DNA of 64,000 nucleotides, from positions 340,194,001-340,258,000 of the forward strand of contig OZ024741.1 of NCBI GenBank assembly GCA_964016885.1. The letters run 5' to 3'. The notes beneath the pieces are model-generated. The model saw only the letters and a list, made by a program, of their open reading frames with translations. It did no database searches and was not told the DNA's origin. The position numbers and the translations under genes are program-made. Positions within the stretch are counted from its first letter, which is position 1. Each line of letters begins with the position of its first letter. Origin of the DNA: Eledone cirrhosa (lineage: Eukaryota). Below, piece after piece: positions 55,365 through 64,000 of the stretch.

Positions 55365-58300
55365 TTTGATGCTTTATAACCTTCCCGTTTGTTTTTCTAA
55401 GTTAACAATCTCGTTCGTTTAATTTTGGCCGAAAATCCTAGGATTTATAGAATGGCCGCCTTGCCCTTCCTAATCTTTACTAACCCCCCCCCCCCCCCGA
55501 ACTCAATGCTGTTCTATAATTCTGTCAGGTTGATCTAAATATTATTCGCTTATTACCGTTATATGCTTGTCAAATTATGCCCAAAATTCGAGGATTTTAT
55601 TTAAACCTGTTACGAGGTACGAATCTCAGAATTTGTCAAATCTTATTAATGGTACACTGCTCGCACTCATGTGAAATGTAATGTAAAATGACATTTTCTT
55701 TTCTTGTCTCTCCATCTTCCCCGTCCATCTCAATGCTATTCTATAATTCTGTCAGGTTGTTCTAAATATTATTCGCTTATTACTGTTATATGCTTGTCCA
55801 ATTATGCCCAAAATTCGAGAATTTTATTTAAACCTTCTCGTTTGTTTTTCAAAAATAACAATCTCGTTCGTTTAATTAATTTTGGCCGAAATTCCTGGGA
55901 TTTATAAAATCGCCTCCTTGCACCTCCTAATCATTACTAACCCCCCCCCCCCCCCACACACACACACACACATCTCAATGCTATTCTATAATTCTGTCAG
56001 GCTGTTCTAAATATTATTCGCTTATTAGTGTTTTATGCTTGACCAATTATGCCCAAAATTCGAGGATTTTATTTAAACCTGTTAGTAGGCACGAATCTCA
56101 GAATTTCTCAAATCTTATTAATGGTCACACTGCTCGCACTCCTGTGAAATGTAATGTAAAATGTCATTTTCTTTTCTTGTCTCTCCATCTTCCCCGTCCA
56201 TCTCAATGCTATTCTATAATTCTGTCAGGTTGTTCTAAATATTATTCGCTTATTACAGTCATATGCTTGTCCAATTATGCCCAAAATTCGATGATTTTAT
56301 TTAAACATTCTCGTTTGTTTTTCTAAAATAACAATCTCGTTCGTTTAATTTTGGCCGAAAATTCTAGGATTTATAAAATGGCCTCCTTGCCCCTCCTAAT
56401 CTTTACTAACCCCCCACATCTCAGTCCTATTCTATAATTCTGTCAGGTTATTCTAAATAGTATTCGCTTATTACTGTTATATGCTTGTCCAATTATTCCT
56501 AAAATTCGAGGATTTTGTTTAAACCTGTTACGAGATACGAATCTCAGAATTTCTCAAATCTTATTAATGGTCACACTGCTCGCACTCCTGTGAAATCTAA
56601 TGTAAAATGCCATTTTCTTTTCTTGTCTCTCCATCTTCCCGGTCCATCTCAATGCTATTCTATAATTCTGTCAGGTTGTTCGAAATATTATTCGCTTATT
56701 ACTGTTATATGCTTGTCCAATTATGCCCAAAATTCGAGGATTTTATTTAAACCTTCTCGTTTGTTTTTCTAAAATAACAATCTCGTTTGTTTAATTTTGG
56801 CCGAAAATCCTAGGATTTATAAAATGGCCTCCTTGCTCCTCCTTGCCCGTCCTAACCTTTACTCCCCCCCCCCCCCCCCAATCTCAATGCTATTCTATAA
56901 TTCTGTCAGGCTGTGCTAAATATTATTCGCTTATTACTGTGATACGCTTGTCCAATTATGCCCAAAATTCAAAGATTTTATTTAAACCTTCTCGTTTGTT
57001 TTTCTAAAATAACAATCTCGTTCATTTAATTTTGGCCGAAAATCCTAGGATTTATAACATAGCCTCCTTGCCCCTCCTAATCTTTACTACCCACCCCCCA
57101 ATCTCAATGCTATTCTATATTTCTGTCAGGTTGTTCTAAATATTATTCGCTTATTAATGTGATATGCTTGTCCAATTATGCCCAAAATTCGAGCATTTTA
57201 TTTAAACCTATTACGAGGTACGAATCTCAGAATTTGTCAAATCTTATTAATGGTCACACTGCTCGCACTCCTGTGAAATGTAATGTAAAATGCCATTTTC
57301 TTTTCTTGTCTCTCCATCTTCCCCGTCCATCTCAATGCTATTCTATAATTCTGTCATGTTGTTCGAAATATTATTCGCTTTTTACTGTTATATGCTTGTC
57401 TAATTATGCCCAAAATTCGAGGATTTTATTTAAACCTGTTACGAGGTACGAATCTCAGAATTTGTCAAATCTTATTAATGGTCACACTGCTCGCACTCCT
57501 GTGAAATGTAATGTAAAATGCCATTTTCTTTTCTTGTCTCTCCATCTTCCCGGTCCATCTCAATGCTATTCTATAATTCTGTCAAGTTGTTCTAAATATT
57601 ATTCGCTTATTACTGTTATATGCTTGTCCAATTATGCCTGAAATTCGAGGATTTTATTTAAAACTTCTCGTTTGTTTTTCTAAAATAACAATCTCATTTG
57701 TTTAATTTTGGCCGAAAATTCTGATGTTTTATAACCTCGTTTGTTTTTCTGAAGTAAAAATCTCGTTCGTTTAATTTTGGCCGAATATCCTAGGATTTAT
57801 AAAATGGCCTTCTTGCTCCTCCTTGCCCGTCCTAATCCTTACCCCCCCCCCCCCCCAATCTCAATGCTGGTCTATAATTCTGTCAGGCTGTTCTAAATAT
57901 TATTCGCTTATTACCGTTATATGCTTGTCCAATTATGCTCGAAATTCGAGGATTTTATTTAAACCTGTTACGAGGTACGAATCTCAGAATTTGTTAAATC
58001 TTATTAATGGTCACACTGCTCGCACTCATGTGAAATGAAATGTAAAATGCCATTTTCTTTTCTTGTCTCTCCATCTTCCCCGTCCATCTCAATGCTATTC
58101 TATAATTCTGTCAGGTTGTTCTAAATATTATTTGCTTATTACTGTTATATGCTTGTCCAATTATGCCCAAAATTCGAGGATTTTATTTAAACATTCTCGT
58201 TTGTTATTCTAAAATAACAATCTCGTTTGTTTAATTTTGGCCTGAAAATTCTGATGTTTTATAACCTTCTCGTTTGTTTTACTAAAATAACAATCTCATT

Positions 58301-61300
58301 CGTTTAATTTTGGCCGAAAATCCTAGGATTTATAAAATGGCCTCCTTGCCCCTCCTAATCTTTACTAAGCCCCCCCCCCCCCATCTCAGTGCTATTCTAT
58401 AATTCTGTCAGGTTATTCTAAATATTATTCGCTTATTACTGTTATATGCTTGTCCAATTATTCCTAAAATTCGAGGATTTTTTTTAAACCTGTTACGAGA
58501 TACGAATCTCAGAATTTCTCAAATCTTATTAATGGTCACACTGCTCGCACTCCTGTGAAATGTAATGTAAATTGCCATTTTCTTTTCTTGTCTCTCCATC
58601 TTCCCCGTCCATCTCAATGCTATTCTATAATTCTGTCAGGTTGTTCTAAATAGTATTCGCTTATTACTGTTATATGCTTGTCCAACTATGCCCGAAATTC
58701 GAGGATTTTATTTAAACCTTCTCGTTTGTTTTTCTAAAATAACAATCTCGTTCATTTAATTTTGGCCGAAAATCCTAGGATTTATAAAATAGCCTCCTTG
58801 CCCCTCCTAATCTTTACTACCCACGCCCCAATCTCAATGCTATTCTATATTTCTGTCAGGTTGTTCTAAATATTATTCGCTTATTAATGTGATATGCTTG
58901 TCCAATTATGCCCAAAATTCGAGCATTTTATTTAAACCTATTACGAGGTACGAATCTCAGAATTTGTCAAATCTTATTAATGGTCACACTGCTCGCACTC
59001 CTGTGAAATGTAATGTAAAATGCCATTTTCTTTTCTTGTCTCTCCATCTTCCCCGTCCATCTCAATGCTATTCTATAATTCTGTCATGTTGTTCGAAATA
59101 TTATTCGCTTATTACTGTTATATGCTTGTCTAATTATGCCCAAAATTCGAGGATTTTATTTAAACCTGTTACGAGGTACGAATCTCAGAATTTGTCAAAT
59201 CTTATTAATGGTCACACTGCTCGCAATCCTGTGAAATGTAACGCAAAATGCCATTTCCTTTTCTTGTCTCTCCATCTTCCCCGTCCATCTCAATGCTATT
59301 CTATTATTCTGTCAGGGGTTATTCTAAATATTATTCGCTTATTACTGTTATATGCTTGTCGAATTATGCCCAAAATTCGAGGATTCTATTTAAACCTTCT
59401 CGTTTGTTTTTCTAAAATAACAATCTCGTTTGTTTAATTTTCGCGCAAAATTCTGATGTTTTATAAAAATCTCGTTCGTTTAATTTTGGCCGAAAATCCT
59501 ACGATTTATAAAATGGCCTCCTTGCCCCTCCTAATCTTTACTACACCCCCCACCCCATCTCAATGCTATTCTATATTTCTGTCAGGTTGTTCTAAATATT
59601 ATTCGCTTATTACTGTTATATGCTTGTCCAATTATGCCCGAAATTCGAGGATTTTATTTAAAACTTCTCGTTTGTTTTTCTAAAATAACAATCTCGTTTG
59701 TTTAATTTTGACCGAAAATTCTGATGTTTTATAACCTCGTTTGTTTTTCTGAAGTAAAAATCTCGTTCGTTTAATTTTGGCCGAATATCCTAGGATTTAT
59801 AAAATGGCCTCCTTGCTCGTCCTAATCTTTACTCCCCCCCCCCCCCCCAATCTCAATGCTAGTCTATAATTCTGTCAGGCTGTTCTGAATATTATTCGCT
59901 TATTACCGTTATATGCTTGTCCAATTATGCTCGAAATTCTAGGATTTTATTTAAACCTGTTACGAGGTACGAATCTCAGAATTTGTTAAATCTTATTAAT
60001 GGTACACTGCTCGCACTCATGTGAAATGAAATGTAAAATGCCATTTTCTTTTCTTGTCTCTCCATCTTCCCCGTCCATCTCAATGCTATTCTATAATTCT
60101 GTCAGGTTGTTCTAAATATTATTCGCTTATTACTGTTATATGCTTGTCCAATTATGCCCAAAATTCGAGGATTTTATTTAAACATTCTCGTTTGTTATTC
60201 TAAAATAACAATCTCGTTTGTTTAATTTTGGCCGAAAATTCTGATGTTTTATAACCTTCTCGTTTGTTTTACTAAAATAACAATCTCATTCGTTTAATTT
60301 TGGGCGAAAATCCTAGGATTTATAAAATGGCCTCCTTGCCCCTCCTAATCTTTACTACCCACCCCCCAATCTCAATGCTATTCTATAATTCTGTCAGGTT
60401 GTTCTAAATATTATTCGCTTATTACAGTTATATGGTTGTCCAATTATGCCCAAAATTCGAGCATTTTATTTAAACCTTCTCGTTTGTTTTTCTAAAATAA
60501 CAATCTCGTTCGTTTAATTTTGGCAGAAAATCCTAGGATTTATAAAATGGCCTCCTTGCTTCTCCTAATCTTAATTAACCCCCCCCCCCCATATCAATGC
60601 TATTCTATATTTCTGTCAGGTTGTTCTAAATATTATTCGCTTATTACCGTTATATGCTTGTCCAATTATGCCCAAAATTCGATGATTTTATTTAAACCTG
60701 TTACGAGGTACGAATCTCAGAATTTCTCAAATCTTATTAATGGTCACACTGCTCGCACTCCTGTGAAATGTAATGTAAAATGCCATTTTCTTTTCTTGTC
60801 TCTCCATCTTCCCCGTCCATCTCAATGCTATTCTATAATTCTGTCATGTTGTTCGAAATATTATTCGTTTATTACCGTTATATGCTTGTCCAATTATGCC
60901 CAACATTCGCGGATTTTATTTAAACCTGTTACGAGGTACGAATCTCAGAATTCGTCAAATCTTATTAATGGTCACACTGCTCGCACTCCTGTGAAATGTA
61001 ACGTAAAATGCCATTTCCTTTTCTTGTCTCTCCATCTTCCCCGTCCATCTCAATGCTATTCTATTATTCTGTCAGGTTGTTCTAAATATTATTCGCTTAT
61101 TACAGTTATATGCTTGTCCAATTATGCCCAAAATTCGAGGATTCTATTTAAACCTTCTCGTTTGTTTTTCTAAAATAACAATCTCGTTCGTTTAATTTTG
61201 GCAGAAAATCCTAGGATTTATAAAATGGCCTCCTTGCCTCTCCTAACCTTTACTACACCCCCACCCACCCCCATCTCAATGCTATTCTATATTTCTGTCA

Positions 61301-61610
61301 GGTTGTTCTAAATATTATTCGCTTATTACTGCTATATGCTTGTCCAATTATGCCCAAAATTCGAGGATTTTATTTAAACCTATTACGAGGTACGAATCTC
61401 AGAATTTGTCAAATCTTATTAATGGTCACACTACTCGCACTCCTGTGAAATGTAACGTAAAATGCCATTTCCTTTTCTTGTCCCATCTTCCCCGTCCATC
61501 TCAATGCTATTCTATTATTCTGTCAGGTTGTTCTAAATATTATTCGCTTATTATTGTTATATGCTTGTCCAATTATGCCCCAAATTTGAGGATTTTATTT
61601 AAACCGTCTC
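55365..61610 (+). repeat. 6.2 kb modular satellite: core A (about 105 bp) alternating with B (A+B = 228 bp) or C
   Basis: Repeated tcaatgctattctataattctgtcagg...aaacct; runs directly into the RTE 5' UTR. Confidence 0.95.
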
Positions 61611-64000
61611 GCTAACTACCCCCATACCCCCCCCCCCCCATTATTATTTCGACCAATCATAAGTCAGCGGCCTATGCTATCACTTCTTCAGGTTGCCTTT
61701 CGATATGATGGATGGACTAGGGAATTCTGGAGAGTCTGAAAAATCTGGACACTCAGTGACAATGCCATAGATTAAGACAAAACTCACCTCATGCTGCCGG
61801 ACGAAAAGGCAAGGAATCCTCTTTATTTCGGCCGCGGATGGCCAACATAACCCCAACCCCAGACCTCTCACCCCTCTCCGCGCCCCACCGTTCCCACCCA
61901 CCAAACGCAATCCAAAACTTCAGTGTTGGTACCATGAATGTAGGCACCTTAAAAGGTCGCTCTAACGAGGTTGTAGAGATGCTTGAACGTCAGGAGGTCG
62001 ATGTTTGCTGTATTCAAGAGACCAGGTGGAGGGGTGGGTCTGCTAGATTCATTGTGGGTAAAAAACGATGCTATAAGCTTTTCTGGGTGGGAAATGACGA
62101 TGGGCTGGGTGGGGTAGGAATCATGTTAGCAGAAAAATGGGTAGATATGATAAAAGACGTAAATAGAGTGAACGACAGAATAATTAAAATAAGACTTGTC
62201 CTAAATAGAACTACTGTGACAGTAATATCTGCGTACGCACACCAATCCGGACTGCCTGGCGTTATAAAAGACAGATTCTCTGAGACATTGATGCTCACTA
62301 CCTCCCAAATAACCGACAATGACTACATAATTATTGCTGGCGACCTAAATGGTCACGTTGGACAACATTGTGATGGCTATGACGGAATCCATGGAGGCTA
62401 TGGGTTTGGTACTAGAAATGAGGAAGGCTCCAGAATCCTGGAATTCTGTGACGCAAATAACCTAACTGTCTGTAACACTAACTTCAAAAAACGAGACAAA
62501 CACTTGATCACCTATAGATCGGGGGAACACGCCAGTGAGATAGATTATATCCTTACCAGGAGACGTTATAGTGTCTGTTGTAAACAATAAATCCCTCCCC
62601 CCATGAAGAATGCACCTCCCAACATAAACTCATAATCAGCGACCTCATAGTCAGGACAAGACGTACTCGACAACAGAGGAGGACTATCCTCAGGAGAAAA
62701 ATATGGAAGCTAAAGGACCCCACAGCCAGTAATAAATTTAAAAGTATATTACTTGATGCTTTTGAGAAGAAGGAAGAGCAATTAGAGTCGTACAATATAG
62801 AGGAACAGTAGGAATTCCTCAAAGCTAACCTGCTGAAGGCGGCAGAGGATGTCTGTGGCTGGAGCAGGCCTATAGGCAGGAAGAGAGTAACGTGGTGGTG
62901 GAGGAGTCAATTAAGGCCAAAAAGCAGGCTTGGAAAGTATGGCGGGATGAGGGAAGTAGAGAAGACTATCAAGTGTCCAGGAGGGAAGCTAGGAGACAAG
63001 TGTACTTCGCAAGAAGGGAAGCAGAGGAAAGAAAGTTCAAGCATGTTCTACAACGCGAGGACCAAAAATGTGAGGTGTTCAGGATTGCTTGGCAATGTGT
63101 CAAGGAAAACCGTGATATTGTCGGGGAGAAGTGTCCTTAATGATGATGGTGTACGCTGATAAGAAGGTAGCTTGGAAGTGTCACTACGAAAGGCTATTAA
63201 ATGAGGAGAATAATTGGGAGAAGGACAGTCTCTCCCACATCGATCCTATAGAGGGACCAGCAGTGCTAGTTGAAGGTAGTATAATATGTAAGGCAATCAA
63301 AGATATGAAGACGGGTAAGGCGGCTGGGTCTTCGGAAATAGTTGCTGAAATGCTGAAAGCATCTGGAGCGGTGGGACACACTATGGTCACCCGGATAGTA
63401 AACCAAGTCATACAGAATGGAGTCGTTCCGAAGGACTGGCGTAGCAGCATCATCATTAACTGCTACAAGGGTAAAGGAGATGCCCTATATACGGGTAACT
63501 ATAGAGGCATTAAATTAATCGACCAGGTCATGAAGGTCACAGAAAAAGTAATAGCGCAACTCATCAGAGAGCGAATTGATCTAGATGAAATGCAGTTCGG
63601 GTTTGTGTCAGGTAAAGTACCACAAACGCTCTTTTCATTGTACGACAACGACAGGAGTACCTAGCTAAAAGTAAACCCCTATACTTAGCTTTTGTTGACT
63701 TGGAGAAAGCCTTCGACAGAGTCCCCCGTTCTATTATCTGGTGGGCTCTTAGAAAACTAGGTGTCGATGAATGGCTTGTGAGAGCTATACAAGCCATGTA
63801 TAAAGAAACAGTCAGCAAGGTTAGAATTAACAACGAATATAGTGAAGAGTTTAGCGTAAAAGTTGGTGTTCATCAGGGCTCCGTCCTTAGCCCCCTCCTA
63901 TTTATTATTGCCCTTCAGGCTATAACAGGAGTTCAAGACTGGCTGCCTATGGGAACTCCTATACGCAGATGATCTAACGCTCATAGCTGAATCAATGGCC
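61600..64000 (+). mobile_element. RTE LINE 5' part (APE + RT), degenerate, runs off the window
   Basis: VGTMNVGTL, CIQETRW, GDLNGH, NYRGIKL, DLEKAFD, LYADDL; colinear with 31550-33950. Confidence 0.95.

Noticed and set aside
55365-61610. CRISPR-like repeat/spacer alternation
   Set aside because: The repeat is about 105 bp, the spacers are only two recurring modules, there are no cas genes and the context is eukaryotic
55704-61615. Repeated 76 aa Cys-containing ORFs
   Set aside because: By-product of a 228 bp satellite unit; stops and frameshifts are scattered among copies

Overview
AT-rich eukaryotic (animal) genomic DNA. The SINE/LINE repertoire and the dense (TA)n/(CA)n microsatellites suggest an octopod cephalopod (inference). 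No prokaryotic genes, rRNA, true tRNA or CRISPR were found, and most ORF-track entries are microsatellite or antisense artefacts. 1-24.2 kb: seven phase-compatible + strand exons of an unrecognised host gene (signal peptide, N-glycosylated, beta-rich, at least 311 aa), with introns full of old SINEs, MITEs, Helitrons and LINE fragments. 24.4-55 kb: a nest of Penelope-like retroelements (PLEs; Neptune- and Naiad-type) inserted in (TA)n. It holds about 11 intact-looking type I hammerhead ribozymes, some with a compensated U3-A8 core. About 10 insertions share a head-to-head layout in which one arm carries a 30-150 nt extension that the other lacks. The longest Neptune copy joins its two ORFs through an in-phase U_UUU_UUA slippery site, a candidate programmed -1 frameshift. 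Two RTE LINEs are present. The near-complete copy has a PHD-like finger inside ORF2, and the other is preceded by a 6.2 kb satellite built from its own 5' UTR. All calls come from manual reading; nothing was searched or folded computationally.
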